A stretch of DNA of 64,000 bases from NCBI GenBank assembly GCA_947499095.1, contig CANMMR010000006.1, positions 186,664 to 250,663 on the forward strand, in the 5' to 3' direction. A program made the position numbers and the translations under genes. Shown here one piece after another: positions 20,182 through 30,200 of this stretch (the stretch's first letter is position 1; every line of letters starts with the position of its first letter). The notes under the pieces are model-generated. The model was not told the DNA's origin, searched no databases, and saw only the letters and a program-made list of their open reading frames with translations. Source of the DNA: an uncultured Erythrobacter sp. Its GTDB lineage: Bacteria; Pseudomonadota; Alphaproteobacteria; Sphingomonadales; Sphingomonadaceae.

Positions 20182-21545
20182 CGATTGGTTTGGGAAACTG
20201 CGCTCGATTCCGACCGGTCGCGCAGCACCTGCCAGACGAGGTAAGTCGCCAGCGCGCCCCCGGCGATATTGGCAGCGAGTTCGGCGGCATAAATTGCTTC
20301 GGAGCCCCAGCTTCCGCGCAGCAGCCAGCCGAAGGGGAGCATCACCAGAAAGACGCGGGCCGCACTCTGCGCCAGCGCCACGCCTGCGCGATCGACGGCG
20401 TTGAGCGCGCCATTGGCGACGATCAGCAGCCCGAAGCCGGCATAACCCCACACCGCGATAGCGAGGTAGCGGGAAAACTCTTCCACGACCGCCGGATCGT
20501 CGGTGAAGAAACGCGCGAACCAGTCGCCGGTGAAGAATAGCAGCACTGCGGTGGCGAGACCGTAGACGATGCAGAACAGCGCCGACCACCACATCGCGCG
20601 GCGCGAGCGATCGGGGCGGTTCGCGCCCCAGTTCTGGCCGACGATCGCACCGATGGAGCCGGACAGCGCCAGCAGCGGGACCGTGGCGAAGCTCTGCAAG
20701 CGCCCGGCGGCGCCGAAGCCCGCCACCGCCGCTTCCCCCTGGCTGGCGAGCAATGCGGTAAGCACGGACAGGCCGATGGGGTTGATTGCATTCGAAAACG
20801 CCGCAGGCCCGGCCACCGAAAGGATCGCCTTGCTCGATTCGCCGACATTGCAGCGACGTATGGTGGCCGGGTTGATCGGCAGTTGCGCGCCCTTGATAAG
20901 GTAAAGCGCGACGAGGATGGCGATGAAGAACCCGGCAATCGTGGCATAGGCTGCGCCCGCGATCCCGAAGCCGCCGAAACCGAAGGCCCCGGTGATGAGG
21001 ATCGGATCGAGTACCCAGTTCGCCGCCGAATAAGTGACCGAGACATAGCTGGTCTTGCGCGCTTCCCCCTGGCCGCGCAGCACGCCGTTGAGCCCCATCT
21101 GCAATAGCAGCACCGGCAAACCGAGCGCATAGGGCTGCATGTATTCGCGGATCAGCGGCAGCAGGCTGTCCGAGGCCTGCATCAGCCGGAACAGCGGATC
21201 GAGCAGGGCAAACAGCAAGAGACCCATGGCCACGCCGATCGCCAGCGCGAAGATCGCGCCGAAGTTCGCGCGCCGCTCCGCACGATCGCGGTCCCCTTCG
21301 CCCAGCGCGCGGGCGATGACCGAATTGATCCCGACCATGACCCCGACGCCGAGGCTGGAGAGCGCGATGGTAATCGGAAAGATGAAGGCGACTGCCGCCA
21401 GCTCCTGCGCGCCCAGCTGGCCGATGAAATAGGCATCGACCAGCCCGACCGACATGATCGCGGCGACCCCGATGATCATCGGTGCGGTCTGGCTGACGAG
21501 GTGGCCGCGGATGCTCCCGGTGGTGAGTTTGGCCGTCTCGCTCAT
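20178..21545 (-). CDS. MATE-family efflux transporter
   Basis: About 12 TM segments; DAYFIGQLGAQELAAVAFIFP; GVLRGQGEARK. Confidence 0.9.
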   Translation of the reverse strand: MSETAKLTTGSIRGHLVSQTAPMIIGVAAIMSVGLVDAYFIGQLGAQELAAVAFIFPITIALSSLGVGVMVGINSVIARALGEGDRDRAERRANFGAIFALAIGVAMGLLLFALLDPLFRLMQASDSLLPLIREYMQPYALGLPVLLLQMGLNGVLRGQGEARKTSYVSVTYSAANWVLDPILITGAFGFGGFGIAGAAYATIAGFFIAILVALYLIKGAQLPINPATIRRCNVGESSKAILSVAGPAAFSNAINPIGLSVLTALLASQGEAAVAGFGAAGRLQSFATVPLLALSGSIGAIVGQNWGANRPDRSRRAMWWSALFCIVYGLATAVLLFFTGDWFARFFTDDPAVVEEFSRYLAIAVWGYAGFGLLIVANGALNAVDRAGVALAQSAARVFLVMLPFGWLLRGSWGSEAIYAAELAANIAGGALATYLVWQVLRDRSESSAVSQTNR

Positions 21546-21673
21546 CGCCGGTGCGCCTAGCGGGCGGGGATCGCATTGCCTAGCGGAGAAATACGCCGCG
21601 CCGCTTGCCCGCCGATGAGCGACCGTGCGATAGCGCGGCCGTCCCTTCCAACCGCGAGGCGAAGCGCGCATAC

Positions 21674-22216
21674 ATGACCAGCATGACCGTCAACGGCAGG
21701 CCAGTGCGGTTCCGCATGGAGCCCGACACGCCGCTCCTCTGGGCGCTGCGCGATGCGGCCAACCTTACCGGCACCAAATACGGCTGCGGCGAGGGCGATT
21801 GCGGCGCCTGCATGGTGCATGTCGATGGGGAGGCGCTGCGATCATGCCTGATCACCATCGGCGAGGCGGAAGGGCGCTTCATCACGACGATCGAAGGTCT
21901 GAGCCGCGACCGCACGCATCCGGTGCAGCAGGCGCTGGTGGCCGAGCAGGCGATCCAGTGCGGTTTCTGCACGCCCGGCACCGTCATGGCTGCGAGCGCA
22001 TTGCTGGCAAAGAGCGGCTCGCCATCCGAGGCGGAGATCAAGGCGGCAATCCCGAACCTGTGCCGCTGCGGCGTCTATCCGCGGCTCGTCCGCGCCATCG
22101 AGCGGGCAGGACGCGTCGCCCGGCGGCAGGAGCGCATCAGCGCCGCGCCGGTGCCGGGCATCAACGCCGAGGACGCGGCCCGCGATGTACCCGCCATCAG
22201 CGCGCCGGAGGACTGA
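21674..22216 (+). CDS. (2Fe-2S)-binding small subunit, CoxS/IorA/xanthine dehydrogenase family
   Basis: GTKYGCGEGDCGAC...C, QCGFCTPG, NLCRCG. Confidence 0.9.
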   Translation: MTSMTVNGRPVRFRMEPDTPLLWALRDAANLTGTKYGCGEGDCGACMVHVDGEALRSCLITIGEAEGRFITTIEGLSRDRTHPVQQALVAEQAIQCGFCTPGTVMAASALLAKSGSPSEAEIKAAIPNLCRCGVYPRLVRAIERAGRVARRQERISAAPVPGINAEDAARDVPAISAPED

Positions 22217-22220
22217 CTGA

Positions 22221-22275
22221 GGGCGACAGACCGGCGACAAAGGCGACACCCTGTCGCCCGGCGAAGGTCGCGACA
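22221..22275. repeat. GGCGACA direct repeats plus a 9-bp inverted repeat
   Basis: GGCGACA at 22222, 22233 and 22242; GCGACA at 22270; GGGCGACAG (22221) pairs with CTGTCGCCC (22251). Confidence 0.7.
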
Positions 22276-22433
22276 AGCCACTGAATTACTTGGATTACCG
22301 TGTGAAGCGCGGGCGATACACCGTGGCATACCCCCGGGGGGATCGCCATTCTGCGTCGACCGACCATGACAAAGAGCGGCAGCGAGCCTAGCCCGCCGCC
22401 GCCCCTGTAGGAAAGCCGGTATCGGCGCTGCGA

Positions 22434-24536
22434 TCAGAGCTCGAAGCGCACGCCCAGCTTGGCGGTCAGTGGTTTGCCCGGCTGGATGTTGTTGTCGCCA
22501 TGCGCGCTCGGATAGTAATCCTCGTCGAGCAAGTTCTCGATATTAAGCTGCAGGCTCACCCGGTCGTTCAGCGTGTAAAACACTGCCGCATCGACGCGGG
22601 TATAGGCCGGCAGTACGACGTCGTTGCTGAAGCTGGCGAACTGGCTGGCCTGATGGACCAGGCCGAGGCCGGCACCGAGATTGTCGGTAAAGTCGTAGCG
22701 GCCCCAGGCACCGATCTGGTGTTCCGGCAGCTGCTGCAGCTGGGTCCCGATGCCGCCGGAATTGGTCGCCGAGCGGATCTCGCCGTCGAGATAGGTGTAG
22801 CCGACATTCACATGCAGCTGGTCGGTCAGCGATCCGGCAAGGCTGGCCTCGAAGCCCTGCACGCGCGTTTCGCCCGTCTGCAGCACCACATTCTGCACCG
22901 GGTCGGTGAAGGCCGTGTCCTTGCGGTCGAGCCGGAAGACGGCCGCTGTCACCAGCAGATCGGCGCGTGGGGCGTATTTTACGCCCGCTTCCCATGTCTC
23001 GAAGCTTTCGGGTTCGAGGTTGATGCTGGTGTCGCTCAACACGGTGAACTGGTCGCCCGAGGCGGGGAGGAAGCTTTCCGAATAGCTGGCATAGATCGAC
23101 AGGCTGTCCTGAGGCTTCACGATCACGCCGAGGCGCGGGCTGATCTTGTCGTCCTTGCGCGAGCCGAAGAAGTCGTTGCCGATGTCGTAGCTCTCGAGGT
23201 CGAACTCGTCATAGCGCGCGCCGACGATGACCTGCAGCCAGTCGGCAAGGTCGATCTGGTCCTGGATGTAGAAGGACAGGGTCGACAATTCGGAGGTCGA
23301 GGCGCGCTGGAATTCGAAGCTGAAGGGCGGCACGAAAATCGCTTCGGCGAGGTCGGTGGTGTAGGACCGCTCTCCGTCGAATAGCGTGCGGTCGCGATCG
23401 GCATCGGTGTCCTGGCGCGAGAACTCCGCGCCCAGCAGCAGGGTGTGGCCGATGCCGCCGGTGTTGCCTTCCCAAACGAGATTGGCCTGGCCGATCAGGT
23501 TCTCGCGCACGGTGCCGCTCTCGTAGCCGCCCAGGCTAACGGTATCCGCGATCCCGTCGCCATCGGTGTCCGTCGCGCCCGAGGGTACGATGTTCGAATA
23601 GAACTTGTCGTAATGCGCATATTGCACGGTGGCGTTGGCGCTGAGGCCGCCGTCGAAATCGTGATCGATGCGCGCGCGGGCGATATGCGCTTCTACGTCG
23701 CTGTAATTGTAGTCGGGGTCGCCAAAGAAGGTTTCGTCATTGCCGGTCAGCGGGCGGCCCTGGAAGGCCGGCACACCGCGATCGACCACGCGCTGGTCGT
23801 CGTCATAGGTGTAGCTGAGGACCAGTTCGGTCGACGGGCCGAGGCCTACGGTCGCCGTCGGGCTCACCCCGATGAAGCGGCCTTCGTAGACGTCGCGGTG
23901 GTTGTCGAATTCCTCGTAGGTCGCGTTGAGGCGCAGGGCGAGCGCGTCGCCTGCGGGCAGGCCGATGTCGGAGGCGAGGCTGAAGGCGCCATGCGTATCG
24001 ACGCTGGCGGCCCCGGCGAGGCGCAGGTCGCCGATCTCGGCCTTCTTGCTGACGCGGTTTATCGCGCCGCCGCCGGCTCCGCGACCGAAGATCAGGGCAT
24101 TGGCGCCCTTGAGCACTTCGACGCGCTCCACATTGTAGAGCGGACGGTAATATTGCGCGTCGTCGCGCAGACCGTCGATGAAGAAGTCGGCGGTGGTTTC
24201 CTGGCCGCGGATGAACACTTCGTCGCGGTGGCCTTCGCCGGTTTCCAGACTGACGCCGGGCACGAACCGCAGCGCTTCGTTGAGCGAAGTGGCGTTCTGG
24301 TCGTCCAGCTGGTCCCGGGTGATCGCAGTGACGGCCTGCGGCACATCGATCAGCGGGGTGGGGGTCTTGGTGGCGGTAAGCCCGTCGTCAGAGCCATAGC
24401 CGTCGGCGTCGCCGGTGACGACGATGTCGCTGGGCAGATAGTCGCGCTCGGGCTGCTCGTCGGCGAGGACGGGAGTAGCGGCGAATGCGGTCGCGCTGCC
24501 GAGAAGGAGGGCAGCGCGGGTGGAAACGATCCTCAT
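22434..24536 (-). CDS. TonB-dependent (siderophore-type) receptor
   Basis: Signal peptide, DIVVTG TonB box, ATKTPTPLIDVPQAV plug, ERVEVLKGANALIFGRGAGGG, NLLDEDY, C-terminal Phe in ..RFEL. Confidence 0.93.
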   Translation of the reverse strand: MRIVSTRAALLLGSATAFAATPVLADEQPERDYLPSDIVVTGDADGYGSDDGLTATKTPTPLIDVPQAVTAITRDQLDDQNATSLNEALRFVPGVSLETGEGHRDEVFIRGQETTADFFIDGLRDDAQYYRPLYNVERVEVLKGANALIFGRGAGGGAINRVSKKAEIGDLRLAGAASVDTHGAFSLASDIGLPAGDALALRLNATYEEFDNHRDVYEGRFIGVSPTATVGLGPSTELVLSYTYDDDQRVVDRGVPAFQGRPLTGNDETFFGDPDYNYSDVEAHIARARIDHDFDGGLSANATVQYAHYDKFYSNIVPSGATDTDGDGIADTVSLGGYESGTVRENLIGQANLVWEGNTGGIGHTLLLGAEFSRQDTDADRDRTLFDGERSYTTDLAEAIFVPPFSFEFQRASTSELSTLSFYIQDQIDLADWLQVIVGARYDEFDLESYDIGNDFFGSRKDDKISPRLGVIVKPQDSLSIYASYSESFLPASGDQFTVLSDTSINLEPESFETWEAGVKYAPRADLLVTAAVFRLDRKDTAFTDPVQNVVLQTGETRVQGFEASLAGSLTDQLHVNVGYTYLDGEIRSATNSGGIGTQLQQLPEHQIGAWGRYDFTDNLGAGLGLVHQASQFASFSNDVVLPAYTRVDAAVFYTLNDRVSLQLNIENLLDEDYYPSAHGDNNIQPGKPLTAKLGVRFEL

Positions 24537-24555
24537 AAAGTAGGCTTTCTGTTCT

Positions 24556-24606
24556 TGCGGATGATTCTCAATCTGATGGCGCGCCTGCTATTGAGAACAA
24601 TTCGCA
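24556..24606. promoter_or_regulatory. Two Fur-type 7-1-7 palindromic iron boxes upstream of the TonB-dependent receptor
   Basis: TGCGGAT-G-ATTCTCA (24556-24570) and TGAGAAC-A-ATTCGCA (24592-24606). Confidence 0.65.
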
Positions 24607-24719
24607 TTCGCAACCGCAAAAGCGCTTTCTGCCGATGAAAAAATCGCAAGCGCCGCTTTCACTGATCGCAACAGTCGCTTAAGCGGACCGCGCAAACGCT
24701 CGAGCAGGAGAGGTTAGAA

Positions 24720-25064
24720 ATGAAGGCGACGATCTGGCACAACCCGAAATGCGGCACCTCGCGCAAGACGCTCGCGATCCTGGAAAACCTGTCCAAGGTC
24801 GACGTGACCGTGGTCGAATATCTCAAGGATCCGCCGACGAAGAACAAGCTGGCGCAGCTCTATCGCGATGCGGGAATCTCTCCGGCGCAGGGCTTGCGGA
24901 TGCGAGGGACCGACGCGGCGGACCGCGGCCTGCCCGATGCGGACGACGAGACGATCCTGGAGGCAATGGTCGCCGATCCGATCCTGATCGAACGTCCGCT
25001 GGTCGAGACGGACAAGGGCGCGCGGCTGTGCAGGCCGCAGGATACGGTGCTCGAAATTCTCTAA
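24720..25064 (+). CDS. arsC: ArsC/Spx-family arsenate reductase-like protein
   Basis: HNPKCGTSRK and LIERP motifs. Confidence 0.85.
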   Translation: MKATIWHNPKCGTSRKTLAILENLSKVDVTVVEYLKDPPTKNKLAQLYRDAGISPAQGLRMRGTDAADRGLPDADDETILEAMVADPILIERPLVETDKGARLCRPQDTVLEIL

Positions 25065-26425
25065 TTCCGATCTTTCGTCAGCATACTGTCGCGCTGGAGG
25101 CTCACCCAACCATACGCGAAGACGATGGCGCATAGCGCCACGATGAGGCCGAAGCCGAGCCAGTCGGAATGGCCGTAGAGCCAGACACCTAGCGCCGGCG
25201 CATAGATGAAGCTCGCGCCCGCAACCGAGGCGGTCACGCCGGAGGCCTGCCCTTGCTCGGCGCGGGTCACGGCAAGCGATGTGCCGGCAGTCGTGCCCGG
25301 CCGGAACAGGCCGAAGCCGAGCGAGGCGATGGCATAGGCCAGCGCAATCGAATGGAGATCGTCCGCCACGCCGAGGAAGGCGACCCCGAAAGCGGCCACT
25401 GCGATGCCGGAGAGCGTGGCGGCGCGAGGGCCAAGGTCGAAGCGCGGGATCAGCCCCCATTGCGCGAGGAGTGTGGCGATCGCTCCTGCCATCAACACCA
25501 GCCCGACAGGACCGGCACCTTCTGCCGGCGTGCCCCGAAGGCCGAGGCGATCGAGCACGAGGAAGCCCGAGATACCCAGCACCATCGCCTGCGCATGCCC
25601 GCCGAGCAGGCCCGCTACGACCCACGGCCGCAGCCGTGTTTCGAACCAGCGCAGCTTGTGCGGTTCGATGGCCTCTTCGTCCTCGTCCTCGTCCTCGTCG
25701 TCGCCGCTGGAGACTTCCGATGTCGGACTGCCGGAATAGGGTGCGTCATAAGCTTTGCCACGCGCGGGGAACTGCGGCGTGTCGTTGGGCAGTCGCAGGC
25801 GCAAAGCGACCAGCGCAAGGATGCCGATGACCGAAAAGATCAGGAACGGGCCGGTCAGCCCGACGAAGGGCAGCACCATCAGCGGGGCGAGTGCGGGGCC
25901 GATCACCGTGCCTAAGCCGAAGCTGGAGGCGATCAGCGAGAGTGCCTGCGTGCGCTCCGATCGCGGAGTGCGCGCGGCGACATAGGCCTGCACCGCGGGC
26001 GGGGCGGCGCTGCCAAAGCCGCCGTAAAGGCTCCGCGCGACGGCGAACAACAGCAGCGCCCAAAAGGCTGAGAGATAGCCCGTGAGGCCGAGCCACAGCA
26101 TTGCGCCGCAGAGCGAGAAGCTGGCGATGAAGCCGGTGAGCCCCAGTGCCATCATCGCCTTGCGCCCGCGCCGGTCGGAGCGTTCGGCCCAGAACGGCGC
26201 GCAAATGACCCACAGCAGTGCCGACCAGCTGTAGGCGAGGCTGATCCACACGTCGTCGATCAGCAGCGCCGTGCCGATCGAGGGCATAACCGATTGCATC
26301 GCTGTATTGCCCGCCGCCGTGACCAGCATGACGGTGAACAGGAGCACCATCCGCTCGCGCGAAATCGCCCGCGGCATGGCGGGTTTGGCGGGCGCTACGG
26401 ATTTGGCGGGGTCGACGTCGGCCAT
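25061..26425 (-). CDS. MFS transporter (TetA/DHA1-like)
   Basis: WAERSDRRGRK motif A; 12 TMs; acidic central loop DDEDEDEDEE. Confidence 0.88.
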   Translation of the reverse strand: MADVDPAKSVAPAKPAMPRAISRERMVLLFTVMLVTAAGNTAMQSVMPSIGTALLIDDVWISLAYSWSALLWVICAPFWAERSDRRGRKAMMALGLTGFIASFSLCGAMLWLGLTGYLSAFWALLLFAVARSLYGGFGSAAPPAVQAYVAARTPRSERTQALSLIASSFGLGTVIGPALAPLMVLPFVGLTGPFLIFSVIGILALVALRLRLPNDTPQFPARGKAYDAPYSGSPTSEVSSGDDEDEDEDEEAIEPHKLRWFETRLRPWVVAGLLGGHAQAMVLGISGFLVLDRLGLRGTPAEGAGPVGLVLMAGAIATLLAQWGLIPRFDLGPRAATLSGIAVAAFGVAFLGVADDLHSIALAYAIASLGFGLFRPGTTAGTSLAVTRAEQGQASGVTASVAGASFIYAPALGVWLYGHSDWLGFGLIVALCAIVFAYGWVSLQRDSMLTKDRN

Positions 26426-26520
26426 GGTCGTGCAGCGCTACGCTCAGCTACGCGCGCTTGCAATGACCATGCAGCGCTGCCAGAGCCGGGATGTGTTTTC
26501 GAGGTCGCTAAGGAAGTCAA

Positions 26521-27156
26521 TTGTCGTCCGATAACAGTGTAAGCGCAATCCACCGCCCGTCGCTCCGCCGCAAGGCCGCGCGCTTCTTCGGGCAGTTCGG
26601 CGTGTTCTTCCGCGGATTCCTCGAAGAACCCAAGATGGTCGGCTCGATCATCCCCTCCTCGCGCTTTACCATCGCCAAGATGCTCGGCCCGGTGAAATGG
26701 GACGAATGCAAGGTCTTCGTCGAATACGGGCCCGGCGTCGGCACTTTCTGCCAGCCGGTGCTGGACCGCTTGCCGCGCGATGGCATGCTGATCGTGATCG
26801 ATACCAACCCGCTCTATATCGACTATCTCAAGAAGCATTTCCGCGACAGCCGCTTCCACGCGGTCCACGGTTCGGCTGCCGATGTCGAGGATATCGTCAA
26901 AGCGCATGGCGCGGACCACGCCGATTACGTGCTGTCCGGCCTGCCGTTTTCGACCCTGCCGGACGGCGTGGGACCGGCGATTGCGGAGGCGACCTATCGC
27001 ATCATCCGGCCCGGCGGCGCTTTCCTGGTCTACCAGTTTTCCGCCAAGGCGCGTGATTACATGGCCAAGCATTTCCAACGGATCGAGAGCGGGTTCGAGC
27101 CGCTGAACGTGCTGCCCTGCCAGCTGTTCTGGGGCTGGAAAGAACCGAAGGGCTGA
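26521..27156 (+). CDS. Class I SAM methyltransferase, phospholipid N-methyltransferase (PmtA)-like
   Basis: VGSIIPSS, VEYGPGVG, VLSGLPF motifs. Confidence 0.8.
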   Translation: MSSDNSVSAIHRPSLRRKAARFFGQFGVFFRGFLEEPKMVGSIIPSSRFTIAKMLGPVKWDECKVFVEYGPGVGTFCQPVLDRLPRDGMLIVIDTNPLYIDYLKKHFRDSRFHAVHGSAADVEDIVKAHGADHADYVLSGLPFSTLPDGVGPAIAEATYRIIRPGGAFLVYQFSAKARDYMAKHFQRIESGFEPLNVLPCQLFWGWKEPKG

Positions 27157-27163
27157 CCAGCGC

Positions 27164-27991
27164 TCAGGTGGTTGGCGGTACGCTCGGCCCAGCGCGCTCC
27201 AGCCGCCGGAACTGGCGATGCACTGCGGCGAGCACGCTGGTGGCCAGCACGACAATCGCCGTCACAGCCGCCGCCGTCGCGATGGAATTGCCGATCTCCG
27301 CCACGGTCGGCCCGCCGATAGACAGCACCAGTCCAATGACCAGCAAAGCGACGAGCAGCGCGACGAATGCGCCGACGGCGAGCAGCAGGTAGAAGGCCAG
27401 CAGGCGCCCACCCTGTCCCTTGGTCATCGCCCACGATCCGGTCAGCGCGCGGATCGGGTTCTTCTCCCCGTCCACCGCCACGAGCGGCAGGACTAGCGAG
27501 AGACGCGTGAAGAGGTAGAGCGCGAGGCCGAAAGCGAACAGCGTCGCGACGAAGGCAAGCGCACCAAGGCCGGTCAGGCTGGCGAGCGAGACGATCAGCA
27601 GCACGATGAAATTGATCGCGAGCGACTGGAGGATCAGGGCTAGCCATGCGGGCAGGATTGCCTTGCCGCCGATTCCGATAGCCTCGCCGACAGTCGGGCT
27701 AGCGCGGCGACCGATCAACGCGAGCATCGATAGCTGGCCGATAGTGGCCACAACCGCGATGATCGCGAAGATCCACCAGGTCTTGGCATAAAAGGCATTC
27801 ATCGCCTGCATCGTCATCTCGAAACTCGCCCCATCGGGCAGGTCCGGCCGTTCCGCCACGGTGGGCAGCAACAGCATTGCCACCGCGTAGGGCAGGAACA
27901 CGAAGATGCCCGAGATCGCGAAGAGCAGCCCCGAGTTTTCGCGGGCGAGGCGCACGGCATCGCGCCATGCGGTGTCGAGGTCGAATTTCAT
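27164..27991 (-). CDS. Hypothetical integral membrane protein (UPF0259/YciC-like)
   Basis: [15 protein letters not shown]..., about 6 TMs, [11 protein letters not shown] motif; alternative start 28006. Confidence 0.6.
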   Translation of the reverse strand: MKFDLDTAWRDAVRLARENSGLLFAISGIFVFLPYAVAMLLLPTVAERPDLPDGASFEMTMQAMNAFYAKTWWIFAIIAVVATIGQLSMLALIGRRASPTVGEAIGIGGKAILPAWLALILQSLAINFIVLLIVSLASLTGLGALAFVATLFAFGLALYLFTRLSLVLPLVAVDGEKNPIRALTGSWAMTKGQGGRLLAFYLLLAVGAFVALLVALLVIGLVLSIGGPTVAEIGNSIATAAAVTAIVVLATSVLAAVHRQFRRLERAGPSVPPTT

Positions 27992-28048
27992 GCGATCTCT
28001 TGTCATCGCCTCTTGATAAGCGCGTCGGCAGTCGCCACGCAATCGCCG

Positions 28049-28720
28049 ATGTCCCAATCGCCCCCCGAAACCGTCGAATGGCGTGCCGAAAGCGACCAAA
28101 TCGCCTATCGCGATGCGCTCGCGGCGATGGACAAGCGCAATCGCGCGATCGGCGAAGGCGAGGCGAGCGAGATGGTCTGGCTGCTCGAACACCCTCCGGT
28201 CTATACGGCAGGGACCAGCGCCGACGGGGCCGAACTGCTCGATCCGCGCTTCGAAGTGGTCGAGGCGGGGCGTGGCGGGCGCTATACCTATCACGGGCCG
28301 GGCCAACGGATCGGCTACGTCCTGCTCGATCTGAAAGAGCGGGGGCGCGACGTGCGCTGCTTCGTCCATTCGCTGGAAGGGTGGGTGATCGCGACGCTCG
28401 GCGACATCGGCATCGAAAGCTGGCGCGCGGACGGCCGCATCGGCATCTGGACACGTGATATCGACGGGCGCGAGGCGAAGATCGGCGCAATCGGCGTGCG
28501 CGTACGGCGCTGGGTGACGATGCACGGCTTCTCGGTCAATCTCGCGCCGGACCTCACGCATTTCACCGGTATCGTGCCCTGCGGTATCGACGAATTCGGC
28601 GTCACCAGCCTGCAAAGGCTCGGAATCGAGCTTGCGCCGGAGGCCTTCGATGCGGCATTGCACGCGCGGCTGGGCGATTTTCTCGCTGCGCTGGATGGAA
28701 AGGATTGCGCGCTCCCATGA
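28049..28720 (+). CDS. lipB: Lipoyl(octanoyl) transferase LipB
   Basis: [44 protein letters not shown]. Confidence 0.95.
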   Translation: MSQSPPETVEWRAESDQIAYRDALAAMDKRNRAIGEGEASEMVWLLEHPPVYTAGTSADGAELLDPRFEVVEAGRGGRYTYHGPGQRIGYVLLDLKERGRDVRCFVHSLEGWVIATLGDIGIESWRADGRIGIWTRDIDGREAKIGAIGVRVRRWVTMHGFSVNLAPDLTHFTGIVPCGIDEFGVTSLQRLGIELAPEAFDAALHARLGDFLAALDGKDCALP

Positions 28721-29037
28721 CCCGAGATTTTCCGCTTGTCCTGGCTTGCGCGCTAGGATTGGCCGCATGTGGCGACGATGCCGCCGACGCCCCGGCAGAG
28801 AGCGACGAGCGCGGTGCGCGCGGCGAGGTGCTGGGCGGCACGATCAGCGACGACATGATCCCGCTCGACCAGCTGCAATCGCAATCCGCGCCGCAAAATC
28901 CGGGGCCGGATAGTGGCGAGGGTGCGGGCGCTGGTGGTTCGCAGGAGCCGGCTGCCGACGAGCCGAACGAAAGCGCGGCGGAAGCCGAAGCCCCCGCCGC
29001 GCCTGAAGAGTCCGAAGCGGAACCCGTCGAAGAGTAG
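28717..29037 (+). CDS. Small acidic lipoprotein, hypothetical
   Basis: Lipobox LAAC; [16 protein letters not shown]; low-complexity Ala/Glu/Pro tail; ATGA overlap with lipB. Confidence 0.7.
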   Translation: MTRDFPLVLACALGLAACGDDAADAPAESDERGARGEVLGGTISDDMIPLDQLQSQSAPQNPGPDSGEGAGAGGSQEPAADEPNESAAEAEAPAAPEESEAEPVEE

Positions 29038-29040
29038 GCG

Positions 29041-30147
29041 CTATTCCGCCGCTTCGGCCCCGGCCAGCGTCGGATAATCGACATAGCCTTCCGGTCCCTG
29101 GCCGTACCAGCTGCGCGGCACGTCGACATTCGGCGCGATCTCGGCCCCGATGCTGAAGCGTTCGGGCAGGTCGGGGTTGGAAATGAAGTCGCGGCCCCAG
29201 CTGACCGCATCGGCGCGTCCGGCATCGATATCGGCCACCGCCTCTTCGGGCGAATAGTCGCTGTTGAGCACCAGCGGGCCGGTATAGAGCTGGCGAATGA
29301 CCGGGCTCTGCTTCGGCACGTCGGTCGAACCGAAGGTGCCGTCCGGTCCCGGCTCGCGCAGCTCGACGAAGGCAAGGCCCAGCGCTTCGCAGACCTTGGC
29401 CGCTTCGCCGAAGGTCGTAGCCGGATCGCTGTCGTCGCACCCCTGCGTTTCGCCATTGGGCGACAGGCGCACGCCCACCCGGTCCGCGCCCCACACATCG
29501 ACCAGCGCGGTCAGCACTTCCTTCAGGAAACGCGCGCGGTTTTCTGCACTGCCGCCGTATTCGTCTTCGCGCAGATTGGTGCTGTCGCGCAGGAACTGGT
29601 CTACCAGATAGCCATTCGCGCCGTGCAGCTGAACGCCGTCGAAGCCCGCCTTCTTCGCGTTCTCCGCGGCGTGGCGATAGTCCTCGACGATGCGCTTGAT
29701 GTCGTCGGTCGTCGCCTCGCGCGCCTGCTCGTAATCCTTGCGGCCTTCGAACGTATGCGCATGGCCCGGCGCGGTGGTCGCGCTGGCAGAGACCGGCGGG
29801 TTCCCGCCCAGGAACAGCGGGTGGACGAGGCGGCCCATGTGCCACATCTGCAGCACGATCAGCCCGCCTTCGGCATGGACTGCATCGGTCACCAGTTTCC
29901 AGCCTTCGACCTGTTCATCGCTCCAGATGCCGGGCGCTGCCGGCCAGCCGAGGCCCTCCACGCTGATGCCGGTCGCTTCGGAGATGATCAGCCCCGCGCC
30001 AGCGCGCTGGCGGTAATAGGTCGCCATCATTTCGTTGGGGACCGAACCGGGCTGGGTCGAGCGCCCGCGAGTGAGCGGGGCCATGAAGATGCGGTTCTTC
30101 GGTTCGAGACTGCCCATGGTCAGCGGCTGGAAGAGTGTTTCGTGCAT
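29041..30147 (-). CDS. nemA: Alkene reductase (old yellow enzyme, NemA-like)
   Basis: MAPLTRGR, QMWHMGR, HGANGYLVDQF, YGGSAENRARF. Confidence 0.92.
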   Translation of the reverse strand: MHETLFQPLTMGSLEPKNRIFMAPLTRGRSTQPGSVPNEMMATYYRQRAGAGLIISEATGISVEGLGWPAAPGIWSDEQVEGWKLVTDAVHAEGGLIVLQMWHMGRLVHPLFLGGNPPVSASATTAPGHAHTFEGRKDYEQAREATTDDIKRIVEDYRHAAENAKKAGFDGVQLHGANGYLVDQFLRDSTNLREDEYGGSAENRARFLKEVLTALVDVWGADRVGVRLSPNGETQGCDDSDPATTFGEAAKVCEALGLAFVELREPGPDGTFGSTDVPKQSPVIRQLYTGPLVLNSDYSPEEAVADIDAGRADAVSWGRDFISNPDLPERFSIGAEIAPNVDVPRSWYGQGPEGYVDYPTLAGAEAAE

Positions 30148-30200
30148 GCGGCCAATTCCTTTTTGCTGGCGCGTGATTGGCATTGAGCTAGGTCGCGGGC

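Noticed and set aside
25676-25703. (TCCTCG)n tandem repeat
   Set aside because: It encodes the acidic Asp/Glu loop of the MFS transporter, in frame, with no sign of phase variation.
27164-28768. 534-aa minus-strand ORF
   Set aside because: The N-terminal ~260 aa are antisense to lipB. The real membrane protein starts near 27991-28006.
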